44,357 nt of DNA from Octopus bimaculoides (lineage: Eukaryota). Position 1 is the stretch's first letter, and the number at the start of each line of letters is the position of its first letter. Below the pieces are notes generated by a model that ran no database searches, was not told where the DNA came from, and worked only from the letters and a program-made list of their open reading frames with translations. The DNA lies in contig NC_068993.1 in assembly GCF_001194135.2 (NCBI RefSeq), forward strand, positions 13,799,633-13,843,989. Reading direction: 5' to 3'. This document shows positions 12,545-25,481 of this stretch, one piece after another. The position numbers were made by a program, and so were the translations under genes.

Positions 12545-12811
12545 GCGCAGGAGCGGCTGTGTGGTACGTAGCTTGCTTACCAGCCACATGGTTCTGGGTT
12601 CTGTCCCACTGCGTGGCACCTTGGGCAAGTGACTTCTACTATAGCCTCGGGCCGATCAAAGCCTTGTGAGAGGATTTGGTAGACAGAAACTGAAAGAAAC
12701 CTGCCGAAAGAAGTATACGTATATATATGTGTGTGTGCTTGTGTGTCTGCGTTTTTCCTCCCCAACATCGATTGACAACCGATGCTGGTGTGTTTACGTC
12801 CCGGTAACTTA
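12545..12811 (+). mobile_element. CORE-type tRNA SINE family B (OR2-like), 3' truncated
   Basis: GCGCAGGAGCGGCTGTGTGGTA head; TGGCACCTTGGGCAAGTG CORE-like motif; internal (TA/TG)n; TGACAACCGATGCTGGTGTGTTTACGTCCC. An Octopus CORE-SINE (OR2) is known, but the name match is from memory. Confidence 0.8.
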
Positions 12812-14440
12812 AAATTATATTTAATATGTGTATGTATATTTAAAGTCAATTTGCGGATTTCATTACATGAATGTATGTTTTCACGCCTGATTTCATGTGT
12901 GTGTTTATATGTATTTGTACTGAGTTATCTTTTAATCCGGACTTTAAAAAAAACACCACGACAACCACACTCGCGACATACATAATGCAGTAGAAACATA
13001 ATGACTGCAAATTCAACACTAAAGCTTGTCGTCATATCCACTATAAACACATAAGCATTTGACCTCAAACATATATTTAGTAGAATTATATAGAATATGA
13101 ACTATGTATACAGAAAAGCGTAAACGATCATTTCAAATTGTATTTCATTGATCATATTTAATTTTAAGCAATTTTTAATTTAAATCCGGTAAAATCGATA
13201 ATTCAATAATCAGTAATCGATACACAAAGACTCCTACACACACTCTCATATTCCTTCGTACAGGTTTTCATAGAAATCACTTCAAATTACACACTCATCG
13301 ACAACTTAACTGCTCCGCTAACGAATTTGGTGGGACCACTGTACTTACACATAACTATATGAGTTTATGCACAATACCATGTCTACACGTCAACCTACAA
13401 TATTTATGATTACTTAAAGACAGGCATATAGTCTAATACATGTGTCTACACACCTGCCCCTTCTTCCGTTGTCCCTCTGCATTGAAACAGTGTTGAAATT
13501 GTTTCTAACTCGCCAACTTTGTAATTCCGTATGTGGCACTTGTTTCCATATAGTTTTTTTTTTAATTATGCAAATTTATAATTATTTCTCTCTGCATGCA
13601 ATCAATATTCCTCTCTTCCTCATTAGCGCGCTATCTGTTTCTGTATTTCTCCTTACTTATCTTCTGATGAGAAATCTTCTAAATTTAGTGAATCTCAATT
13701 TGCTTTTCAACCGTTAATCTAAAACTATATTTGTGAATTTTTTTTTTCCTGTTATTGTTCTTTACAATATCTATTGAACTTACACTGTATTTGTAAGTTC
13801 CTATGTATGTATGTAAGTATATATGTATGTAAGTATTCCTGTAAATATGTATGTGTGTATGTATATATGGCTCTCTCTCCCCCTCTCTCTATATCTATAT
13901 ATATATATATGTACATATGTGCATATATACATAGATACATATATATGAACAGGCAGAAATTCTAAGAAGCAATGTTAAATCCAAATATGCTATGATTAAG
14001 GTAGAGTGTTCGTGATAGGCTTAGAGTATCTTATTTTATTGATTCAATATGTGGTAGAATGTAACACTCTAAGCCAGTTAATCTGACAATCTCCGGTTTA
14101 TTACAAATCCAATAAGATGCAAGTTATTGGTATAATTATTTCCTAGTTAAGTATGAGGTAATGGGTTTCCTAATGATAATAGTTATATAACTTATATGGA
14201 ACACTTCCAAATGTAGTCATTAACCGTATCACAGTTTACGGGTGTTCGAGAGTTAAAGTCACTTCATATCTTTCCCCATATCGACCCTACAAACAAGCGT
14301 TTACATGCTGCTTCAGCCTGTTACAAATAACATACACTTCACCCGCAAATCAAGCCCTAAACAATTGATTAATGTAGGGTAATCTGGAACAATTAGCTAA
14401 AAATATTGCTAAGAAATATGATGAAAACGACTGAAAAGTC

Positions 14441-14485
14441 TTATTATTATTATTATTATTATTATTATTCTTATTATTATTATTA
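14441..14485. repeat. (TTA)n
   Basis: Directly visible. Confidence 0.95.
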
Positions 14486-15059
14486 CGGTTCTAAAGTAGT
14501 TTAGCAACAACAATAACGTTAAAAAACAAACGAACTACATAAACAAAACTGATTACGTAATATATTTCATGTTTCCTTTATAATCTGAAAATATAATAGC
14601 AACCATTATTCCAAAATATACTGTGTCTCTTTTTCATATTTTCTTAGCTCCTTTATTTGTTTCATAAATATATTTATCATAACTTCGGGAACAATGGAAA
14701 TTTCACAATAAATCTATCTCCAGTCCCCAAGGTTGCCGTTATATCGGAAGTTATCTGTGTTGTTAAATATTGTTTGCTTTTTTTACTTTTTGATATATGC
14801 AAATATATATTTCTAGTACTTATGTTATACATCTTCCTTTAAAAAGTACCATTCGTGTATATTTGATTACATAAATATTATTTTCTTATCATTTTATACA
14901 ATCCAGCTGAACATATAACTCCAGATTCGAACATTCATTCAATCATTTTAATTAGCAATTTTCGGATAAGAATATTCATAATCTTAACATATCACATGGT
15001 TCAAGTTCAAGAAACAAATCCATGCTATAATTTGCGAAACGGAGCGGGGGCTATGTTAT

Positions 15060-15270
15060 CCGTTACCAAGCAGGTGTGCAGATTGCCGCATCACTTAACT
15101 ATTCTTTATGAGAAGAGTGTAGGAGATGATAAATTTAACTTCCTACCAGACCGACAGACACCACAGACTGCCGGAGTCAGAGGCGGCTGCATAATTAATT
15201 TCAACATTCGAAATTGCAGGCGTATTGCTCGACTGTTGAGAAGTCAAATGTCGGAAATTGACAGTCTCTT
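15060..15270 (+). mobile_element. Possible heavily decayed RTE-like reverse transcriptase fragment
   Basis: DDKFNFLPDRQT resembles the RT motif QFGFxPGRxT; downstream AYCSTVEKS is weakly like AFVDLEKA. Judged by eye only. Confidence 0.22.
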
Positions 15271-15630
15271 GTACAAATTTTATTGCTGTTTTCTGAGTTG
15301 ATCACAAATAACATGGTGACAGTCTACTGCAACAAATACTAGACTAGACATCATCAACTTGTGTGGATTGAAGAGTAGCGATGCTACCAATAACAAACCA
15401 TATTAGTCTAACATATGCGGGCACGTCGACCATCGCTAACAGGCAGCTATTCTTAGCGCAGGTGGTTTTGAAACCATCTGTAGAGGTTGCATCGTAATAA
15501 TCTTCTGAGGTAGGTGTACGGGTGTACGGGTACTACTGCGAATTCTCTTAATAATGCATCCTCTTTTGTCTTGCTGTAATTTGGTGCTGAAATATTTGCT
15601 GGGAATCTTCATGAATAAAGTTATGCCTAT

Positions 15631-15635
<5 letters not shown>

Positions 15636-15722
<87 letters not shown>
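15636..15722. repeat. (TATC)n/(GATA)n tetranucleotide repeat
   Basis: About 21 units. Confidence 0.97.
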
Positions 15723-16645
15723 TTAGGCATTATCAGATAAGAAACTGGACATAAGTAGAACATGCCTTGCTAATCTCTTACTTCTAATTTTATATTTGTT
15801 TTGGCTACGTGAATCTACATATTTATAAGTTATGTTATCAATATTTTGTCCCTATTTTTTTTGTCAGCGTTACAGAAAGAATTTTGTTTCACACCGGGTG
15901 CTTTTAGCCCTCACCAGTTTGATTTATTATGGATTGGTCCTCTACTCGCTCACTCACGTTGGTCTTTAACTTACGTCGCACAAAAGTATTTAAACTGTAA
16001 GGAATTACGTTACTTTGAAATGAAACTAATGAGACTGCGTGATCATGACCACTATTAAGCTACATTCTTCTCAAGGATAAGATACAATTACCTCCGTAGA
16101 TTTCAGATATGTAACACCCTTCAATGGTGTAAACAATGTGATGATTATGAGATCTAAAAATGTTATTATTATTTTAGTTGTAAAATGTAACGTGATACAG
16201 TCAAATACTTTTTTTCACCACGAAACTACAATGACAATGTCTTACGTGAGGTTATTTTTTAAACTATGATATCATTTAAAGTTAATCATAAAAAAAGAAA
16301 TCGATTATGATTCATTAACAAGCAACACGACCCACTGAAAATGGTTAATCCTTCAAGAGAAGGGCTTCTATAAGAGCAGCTTACCCTACATCTACCATTT
16401 ACAGTCATAATAAAAAAAGGACGAAACAGGTATTTGTGCCAGCATAATATATGCCGCGGGCATGTAGCTGTTTCAAATATGGAGGAAATATATTTATACA
16501 ATTCCTTTATAAATTTTTCCAGTATCTGCCCTGGAATCATCATTGTATGAATAGTTTCTTCCTTTCTAAATAGAAAGCTTTCAGTAAATATACAAATACA
16601 ATAGCCTTTGTGGACAGCTAAGAGTGTGTTATTGCATTCATGTGT

Positions 16646-16816
16646 GTATGTATGTATGTATGCATTTATGAGTGTCTATGTGAGTGCGTATGTTTGTGTA
16701 TGTGTGAATGATGCATGTGGACGTGTATGCGTGTGTAAGCATGTAGGCATGTGTCTGTATGTACGCACCTACACAAACATACATACATGCGTACATATAT
16801 CTATACTTTCACACAT

Positions 16817-16861
<45 letters not shown>

Positions 16862-16877
16862 TACATGCATACATATA

Positions 16878-16911
<34 letters not shown>

Positions 16912-17101
16912 CATACATATATATATANNNNNNNNNNNNNNNNNNNNNNNNNNNNNNNNGTATGTATGTATGTATGCATTTATGAGTGTCTATGTGAGTG
17001 CGTATGTTTGTGTATGTGTGAATGATGCATGTGGACGTGTATGCGTGTGTAAGCATGTAGGCATGTGTCTGTATGTACGCACCTACACAAACATACATAC
17101 A
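16646..17101. repeat. Identical 142-bp direct duplication on either side of a 32-N gap
   Basis: 16646-16787 = 16960-17101. Confidence 0.9.
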
Positions 17102-17694
17102 GATATAGGTAATTGAAATAACATATGCGTGCTTACGAAGTGTATTCTTGCGTAAAACTTGCTAGTTACTTACTTGCCATAAGGAATATATAAAATTTGA
17201 AAATTCATGCTCGAGAAGTTTTCCAATTTGCGATTATTATGCTTGATATTCAGCAAAATACCATAAGATATGTTCATATTGTTTACATATAATTTACTGT
17301 TAGTTGCAAATAACTGATAATAGGTCAAAAGTATAGAGCAGTAAATTGCAGCTAGCGCCCCCGACCAAATGGAATTACTAAGAAAGAAGAGAGTATGAGT
17401 TGACGAATGTATTGTACATGTAACTCTGTAACATTGGTTGTAGGTTCAGGTCTTGAGAGAAAATCATTTCTTAGCACTTGCAAGAAAATATCGTATCGGA
17501 AGGGAAACAATGTCACAGTAATACGTCTTCTGGTACGAAGAAATATTTTCGAAATATGGTGTATTGTTTAGAAGACAGGTGTGCAGGTCTCAAATAATTC
17601 TTTTTTATCATTATTCTCTTTCCTTTCAGAAAGAAATTCGACTCCAATTTCTTAGTGAAACTTTGCGGAATAATTCGGTGTATCTTTTATCTTT

Positions 17695-18180
17695 TAGTTG
17701 TTTCTGTCAATAGAATGTGGCCATCGGGAAGCACTACCTTACAGACATTTTAGTTGAACGAACCGACCCCGGTGATTATTTTTAAGGCTGCTTCTTAGCA
17801 TCTCGGGCTTCTGTTCCCGAACAATAAATTTATGGGAACATAAACACATAAGTACCGGTTGTCAAGGGGTGGTGATGGACATAGAAAGACACACAGGCAC
17901 ATGCACACACACATGTGTGTGGTGTGGTGTGTGTGTATGTGACTTTGTTTATCTCCTGTCACCGCTTGACAACTGGTCCCGGGTTCTTTATGTATATATA
18001 TCTATATAAATACCTTGGGAAAGTGTCTTCTACTATAACCTCGGTTCGATACATATACGACGAGTTTGTTTCGACCCGAGGTAATAATAGAAGACACTCC
18101 CACAAGGTACCATGCAATAGGACTGAACCCAGAACCATGTTGTTGGGAAGTAGCTTGTATCCACGCAGTCACGCCTGCGC
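17695..18180. mobile_element. Mosaic of four SINE family B fragments in orientation - + + -
   Basis: 3' half minus 17695-17913; plus piece 17914-17977; plus CORE piece 18011-18049; minus head 18071-18180. Each matches a segment of 12545-12811. Confidence 0.75.
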
Positions 18181-18610
18181 TTATGTTTATGATAAAAATT
18201 AAAAACACTTTTTCTGAATAACGAAAACCGTTGTTTTTACTTTACATTTGGGCTCTGTTCAGTGGCTGAAGTCGAGTTGACTTATCTCTTAGGGCGATAT
18301 ACTCACTGGTACATGTCAAACCATTCTAGTCAGTAAGAAAGTAATGATTCTAAATATTGAAATTCAAAGATAGGTGCTGCTGCAACATAACCTGGATTGC
18401 TAAAAGCAGCAGGTAAATTTCCATAAAATCACTGCGTTTTGTGTGAAGAAACAAATGTCGCTAGATGATTAGATTATTAGTATGTAAAGGGTGATTTAGC
18501 CTGTAATTATAATATCCTATAGACATTATGCATACATTAATTAACAAAAGGTATGTGGTGTCTTACAAACAATGTGAGCTGTACATCTAAACAATATATT
18601 ATTTACAAAA

Positions 18611-18812
18611 GGCTGCGAGCTGGCAGAAACCTTAGCACGTCGGGCGAAATGTTCAGCGGTATTTCGTCTCTCTTTACATTCTGAGTTCAAATTCCGTCGA
18701 GGTCTACTTTGCCTTTCATCCTTTCGAGGTCGATAAATTAAGTACCAGTACTTATCTAATATACTGATCCTCCCCCAAAATTTCGGGCCTTGAGTCTAGA
18801 ATAGAAAAGAAT
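18611..18812 (+). mobile_element. SINE family A copy (AGAATAGAAAAGAAT-type tail)
   Basis: GCGAGCTGGCAGAAACCTTAGCACGTCGGGCGAAATG..TTCTGAGTTCAAATTCC (B-box-like)..TTTCGGGCCTTGAGTCTAGAATAGAAAAGAAT. Confidence 0.9.
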
Positions 18813-20082
18813 ATATTCTTTACAGGTGTATACGTATTCCAATGCGCAGGGTTGATTTAATAAATCTAAATAAATTCGGTAGCACAATAAAGAAATTAAA
18901 TAAAGCACCATAAATCACAAATAATTGAACATTCCAAGTATGTGTTTAGAAGGTCTTAAATATGCAATTTAGCCAATCTAGTTTCCTTCAACCAATACTA
19001 TTAATAGGTGTACAAACATTGCGTTCATCGATAGCTAAAGCGAATGTCCTGCTCCTGAAAATGATACCGAAAAGGACGGAATGGAATCGTGCAGATTTTC
19101 CTGTTCCTTTTGTTTGCTAATCTACAAATATTTCGTCTAGATGTATTGCGTGCATTCGTCGTGACATTGTATTACCTACTAAATCAGTAGAATTCATATC
19201 ATGTATGCCGTTTACATTAGAAGGGCATCTGTCCTCATATTGAGTTTCTGAGCTCAATCCCAGGCAGGGCACTAAGGTGAATTACAAGTGGCCTGAAAAA
19301 GGCTGGTGTACACCGCTGCCGAAACGTAGTATAAACAACTATCAAAATTAGGAATACAGCCTGACTAATGTAAACTGAATTCATAATATAAACCCCTCAC
19401 CTGAGAAATATAGAATTAAATACTACGTTAAAATATTTTAAGCTACTACTTTCTATTTACAACACTCAAAGACCGAGTCTTTACGATTATGTTTATATAA
19501 ATGGTAGATTTTACTTAAATGATCATATGTTTGTATTCTATAATTCTTTTTAATTTATTCAGCTATATTAATATTGCATCTTATGTCATGTGATGAAACA
19601 GTTGTTTCATGAGCAAAAATATGATATTATTAGCATGTAATATTTGAATCAATCGGAGTTGCATACACGTAAATATTATTAAAATAATCACGTTGATTCA
19701 TTCAACATTCTTGCATAACTCTATTAACAATATACTGTATATGTTTTATTACATTGATAAAAGTGTAACTAAAAAAAAAAATCATATTTACATGTTATAT
19801 TGTACAGCAGGAATTAAGTTTAGTAACTAAAATTAAATGCGTATTCTTCCTTCGAAAAAGATGGTGATTGCCATATCCTGAACTCTCTATATCATGCACA
19901 AATATAAATTCTTCGTACCTTCCGTTGTTGCGAGGCTGGAAAATCGCCCCACCCCTGTTTAAAATGTCTCTTACCGGAAGAGTAAAAACAATTATGAAAC
20001 ATATGTCTATAAATTACTCGCTGCCTGATTTCGAAGGTATGATCTAAATACGGACATTTATTTTTATCATTGTTATATGTGT

Positions 20083-20475
20083 TGTTGTTGTTGTTGGCAC
20101 TCCGTCGTTTACGACGTCGAGGGTTCCAGTTGACTCGATCAACGGAACAGCCTGCTCGTGAAATTAACGTGCAACTGGCTGAGCACTCCACAGACACGTG
20201 TACCCTTAACGTAGTTCTCGTGGATATTCAGCGTGACACAGTGTGACAAGGCTGACCCTTTGAATTACAGGCACAACAAACAGAAACAGGAAGAAAGAGT
20301 GAGAGAGAGTTGTGGTGGAAGAGTACAGCAGGGTTCGCCACCATCCCCTGCCGGAGTCTCGTGGAGCTTTAGGTATTTTCGCTCAATAAACACACACAAC
20401 GCCCGGTCAGGGAATCGAAACCGCGATCCTATCACCGCGAGTCCGCTGCCCTAACCACTGGGCCATTGCGCCTCC
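20083..20475 (-). mobile_element. Full-length tRNA-derived SINE family C with (CAA)n tail and 12-bp TSD
   Basis: Head GGAGGCGCAATGGCCCAGTGGTTAGGGCAGCGGACTCGCGG..GGTTTCGATTCCC; tail ..GACGGAGTGC(CAA)n. TGTTATATGTGT at 20071-20082 and 20476-20487. Confidence 0.93.
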
Positions 20476-20762
20476 TGTTATATGTGTATCGTCTTAATAA
20501 AGGCTACGTTGCCAAACTTGCCCTGCGAAAATAATATTAAGGTGTCATTCTTCATAATTTAGGTTGTTGGGATTTATGCTAAGCATCACTGATGATTAGA
20601 CATAAATAAGAAACACACATGTGCTGCCTTGTTCTCGAAGCAGAGAAATCTGCGATTTAATACGAATTTTTACTGTACGTCTAGATGTACGTGCATTTTA
20701 TACATCGCATATGGTGCTCACATAAACACACAAGTATACACTCATACATATATATATATAAT

Positions 20763-21180
20763 ACAAAATGAGACAAGTACGCAAAACATCCAGACAGTTA
20801 GGTGAAACAAGAAAGGGACAACAAAACATCCAGATAGACGATACGAAGAAAACAAGGACGGGTCATTTGGAGTTTTCTTTCATCAGACGAGATCCAGATT
20901 ATCTTTGCAATTTCGGCTGGTTATACTCGATATTGGTCCAATCTGGCCAGCCCCAAGGAAAAACTAAGCTAAGAGCATTAGATTTCTTGGAAGAAAACAG
21001 CGAATGTATACAAAAACAAGGACGGAAAAGAACGAACAACGTAACACAAATACAATGAAAATAATAACAGGACATAGCAACAGGTGTCTTTCGACTAAGG
21101 ACGAATTTAATTAAGCTGGCGTGTGTGGAAATAAAGCCTTACGGCAGGGATACAGGTTTTCACGGGCACAGGGAGGCATG
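20763..21180. mobile_element. Dispersed repeat (Penelope-like terminal region suspected), colinear copy
   Basis: Homologous to both parts of 10398-10878; internal AAAACATCCAGA duplication; begins at a (TA)n tract like the other copy. Confidence 0.7.
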
Positions 21181-21558
21181 TGAGTGTCAGAGAGAGAGAG
21201 AGAGAGAAGGAGAGCATTTATGCATATATGTGTATATATATGATATATATGTATTTCTTTATCTCTTTCTCTCTCTCTCTCTATCTCTCTCTCTCTGGGC
21301 ATATATTTCGTCCACTCTTCCTATCTGTCTCCATATATAAATGTATCCGTTCGTGCTACAGATCATGATGGGAGGGGTAACTTCCCTTGGCAAACAGGAC
21401 ACAGTAGTGTGTCGATAAGCCAGCTGGAGGAGATGTCCTCCTGGATCTAAAAGCAACAGTAACATCCACCCCTAGGGGTCAGCCACACTCAAGTGGCAAT
21501 ATACTACACTTTATCGTGCAGTTACTGTTAATACTTCATTTAGAGAATTAACATTGCT

Positions 21559-21559
<1 letters not shown>

Positions 21560-21657
<98 letters not shown>

Positions 21658-21685
21658 TTGTGTGTGTGTATGTGTGTGTGTGTCG
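21560..21685. repeat. (TA)n(TG)n microsatellite
   Basis: Directly visible. Confidence 0.98.
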
Positions 21686-22422
21686 CGTATATATATACGT
21701 ATATACATGTATATATACATATATATCTATATATAAGTGTGTGTGTGTATGTATGTATGTTTGTATGTACGTATGTGTCTGTATATACGTAGATAACACA
21801 ATTATCATTTGAAAATATACAAAATATTTTATAAAAATACAGTTTTCTACAAATGTTTCAATGTTCATAACACAGCTGCAAAACAAATTAGTGTAAAAGT
21901 AATATTTGGTGTTGATGTTAATGTTGTCGTTGCTGGATGTTCTGCTAACTCTATTGTGTTTATTATGATGAAGACAATGTATGTTACGTGTTGTTGTTTT
22001 TTTTTATGTGGTTTCGGTCGAAAAAAAAATCACACAGCTAATATTAGTTATTTGATAAAGAAATAAAAGAAAGATAACCGTAAAAAAAAATATTGTAAAA
22101 ATATTATAAAGAGAATGTTACTGAGTGAAAGAATGCGGAGAGGGAAGACAAAAATTGATTTTTATTCACGCTAACTTGGTTTTAGTCTGACAGTGGCGCC
22201 ATTTTGTTTTCTAAGAACTCTAAAACGCGATCTAAAATTTGGCAAAACTAGGTTAGAAATACTAAGCGCCAGTACATTCGAGATTATCTGAATTAAATAT
22301 ACTACAGGTTTGTGTTTGGAGTAGTGTACGTATGTATGAATTAGTGTAAAACCACAAAATATGCTAATTGTTGTAAGTTAATTAAGTAGAGGCGTAACAT
22401 TCACCTTTGTTTCACAACACAC

Positions 22423-22461
22423 ATTATTATTATCATTATCATTATCATCATCATTATTATA

Positions 22462-22531
<70 letters not shown>
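22423..22531. repeat. (ATT)n with ATC variants
   Basis: Directly visible. Confidence 0.97.
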
Positions 22532-22954
22532 GTTCTATATTCTAATACAATTATATACATTTTTTGTTCGTAATAATATTCCAAGCTTGCATAAAAATAC
22601 TATGTTGGTTCGGATTAAAAGTGAAAGTGCGAATTTGTAGTGAATAGAAACGCGTTGAAGTGTAAATTTAATTAGATCAGAAATACATGCTTCTACACAT
22701 TCAGTGCTTCGAAGTTGTCCCTTTCATTTTACATGGAGTTGTTCTACTTCCCCCTTTTATTTCTAGTGCGTTGTTGTTTATATTGTTTTATTATTATTGC
22801 TTGTTTATTGCTCTTTTATTAAAATCATAGTTTCGTTTCTTTAATCTTATTTTTTTCCTTTTCGTTTTATACTTCTTAAAAATGGCGGTAATGATGATGA
22901 AGGTAATGATATACGTTGCAATGTTGTGTATGTGCAGGGCTTTCATTATAACGA

Positions 22955-23040
22955 TGCTGCTGCTGCAGATGATGATGATGAAGATGATGATGATGATGAA
23001 GATGATGATGATGACGTTGGTGATGGTGATGAAGATGATA
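22955..23040. repeat. Compound (GCT)/(GAT)/(GAA) trinucleotide repeat
   Basis: Directly visible. Confidence 0.9.
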
Positions 23041-23828
23041 TATAACTCTTTGTTGTAGTTTAGTTTCGGTATGCCATTTTTTTTTCTCTCTTAAATTTTT
23101 GAGCGCTTTGCTTCTTGTACACTTCAATAACAGGTGAATGCGTTGTTAGGCTGCGATATAATGATGCCTTTGCTGGGGATTGCAAATGATTAATTGCGAT
23201 ATTGAACTAATAGTACTTCAAGGGTGATATATAACGAGCGGGAGAGAAAGTTAATACAGGCTAATTTACAATGGAAATGCAAGACGTTTACGAAAAGAGA
23301 GAAAAAAAAAACAAAAAAAAAATGAAAGAATAATAATAAATATATAAATGAATGAAATCCAATTAACTTGAAATCAAACAATTGATAAAGAACTAAATAG
23401 TTGTGTGAACTTAAATCATATACGAAATAAAAATAGAACAACAGAACACAAATATTTCTATATTTCTAACCGTCCTTAATCTCAGAGATTGCTGTGTTCA
23501 TTGTTAAGTTCTTGAACTTAAACTCTATGTATCTTTTTTTTTAGATGAAAGCTAACTCCGTAGGAAGATAATGAATGTTAATTAAATTCATTTATCGGTT
23601 CAAGTCTCAACATTTTAATTATGTCTTAATAATGGCATTATATCTATCTATCTACAAGTATACATATGTATACGATATGTGTGTGTCTGTGTATACTCAT
23701 ATATATATATATATATATAGATAGATAGATAGATAGATAGATATTTAACAAATATATATGAAATTGTGTGTCTGTGTGGAGAAAGCTACTCGTGTATCGG
23801 TACCTACATGTATTCATAACATTTGTGA

Positions 23829-23862
<34 letters not shown>

Positions 23863-24837
23863 GAGTACGTGTGCGTATGTGTATGCCGGTGTATATGTGG
23901 GTACGTGCTTGTCAGTGTGTGTTTGTCTATGTGTGTGTGCGTGTGTCTGTAATAAGATTTACAATGAAGATACCAAACGTTTTCTATCAAAACTAATAAG
24001 ACTATAATACCAAGATTTATTCAACCGTTAAAACAACTCATAAATACGTCCTGTGTCATATTTTCGCCTTCGTCTGCTCCTATCTTCAGGCTCGAAACCC
24101 TAAAATCATTATATAAATATGAAATTTAGTTACTGCTTAGTACATATCTTAATCTTTCCTGAGCCCTTTTGTGATAAACACATAATGTAAATTTGACATG
24201 CACATAACCATGTATGATAACAGTAATTATCTTGGAATTCATTCAAAATCATTACATTTCATTCTGCATGATAAAATATTTGTTATGCTGTAGTGTATGA
24301 CCTATTAAAATGACTCGTTATATTCTTCGCTTTCGAAACATTAGCGTTCATTAATCCAGAGACCCTAATGATAAATGTCTACAGTGGTTGTATACGTTTA
24401 TACATTTCTATGTCTATATACATCTTTATTTCTATATTATGTTACTGTGTGGATGTCTATATATCAACATTATACTCTTTTTACAACCACCAAGCCTCGT
24501 ATAAATTTCTGCGAGTATCAAGAAGTCTAACATGCATTGTTCCTTTGGAATAATGGAATAAAATCAAAAGATCTGGGTGTCCTGTTTGTAACTTTACGAG
24601 AGCTACATAATTGTGGTGGATATCTAATGTCGATATATTTATAATTTGAATTATAAATGTTCATGTATATCGAAAGTACGAAATTCCTAGACGAAGAAAT
24701 ACTGTTTTATATTGTTTAACAGCAGATTTCCTGGTTCAACAACTAAACTCGTATGCAATGATCTCCTGAATTATAATTGGTTTTATTAGAAAACGGAATA
24801 GAAATCTGTGGCATATTGAATATCTTACATCTTTGAT

Positions 24838-25185
24838 ATTTTTCAGTCATTGGACTTCGGCCATACTGTGACACCTCCTCGAAGGGTTTTAGTTGCACAA
24901 ATCGACACCACCATTTATTTTTGAAACCAGATACTTCTTCTCTCAGTCATTTTCGCCGAACCAGAAATGCGGTGGTGGTAATTTGTGCAAAAACCCCCCA
25001 AAAAACCCACATGTACACACAAAAATGTATGTATAAATACGACGAACTTCCTTCTAGAATCTGTCAAACCAATTCCGGTATATGACCTTGATCAGTCCGA
25101 GATTGTAGTATAATATGCCTGCCCAAGTTGCCACACGATGGGACAAAACACGTAGTTGCAAAGTGAGCTTGTTAATCACAGAGAA
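24838..25185 (-). mobile_element. SINE family B, degenerate near full-length copy
   Basis: TTTCAGTCATTGGACTTCGGCCATACTG 3' end; TTTTCGCCGAACC; ATACGACGAACTTCCTTCTAG; CTGCCCAAGTTGCCACACGATGGGAC as reverse-complemented CORE/head. Confidence 0.7.
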
Positions 25186-25239
25186 ATAACTGTGATCTTA
25201 CTCTAAATCTCTCTTTCAGAAATTTATATTCAATATTAC

Positions 25240-25452
25240 GGCGAGCTGGCAGAAACATTAGTACGCCGGAGGAAAAGCTTAGCGGTATTTCGTCTGTCTT
25301 TACGTTCTGAGTTCAAATTCCGCTGAGGTCGACTTTGCCTTCCATCCTTTCGAGGCCGATAACTTAAGTACCAGTTACGTACTGTGGTAGATGTAATCGA
25401 CTGTCCCCCTTCACCAAAATGTCGGTCCTTCTACCTAGAGTAGAATAGAAAT
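25240..25452 (+). mobile_element. SINE family A copy, least diverged in the window
   Basis: GGCGAGCTGGCAGAAACATTAGTACGCCGG..GTTCTGAGTTCAAATTCCGCTGAGGTCGACTTTGCCTT..CTAGAGTAGAATAGAAAT. Confidence 0.92.
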
Positions 25453-25481
25453 TTGTATTCCATATATTTGTGTATTTATAA

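Noticed and set aside
15977-15996. 20-nt minus-strand microexon (CCTTACAG|..|GTAAGT)
   Set aside because: Not frame-symmetric; such matches are expected by chance in 44 kb.
20588-20625. CTGATGA-TTA..TAA-GAAAC hammerhead-like match
   Set aside because: No NUH cleavage triplet in position and no stem I.
20865-20925. Minus-strand CTGATGA and CGAAA in the Penelope-like repeat as a hammerhead
   Set aside because: Neither the type I nor the permuted arrangement gave paired stems I and II in either copy.
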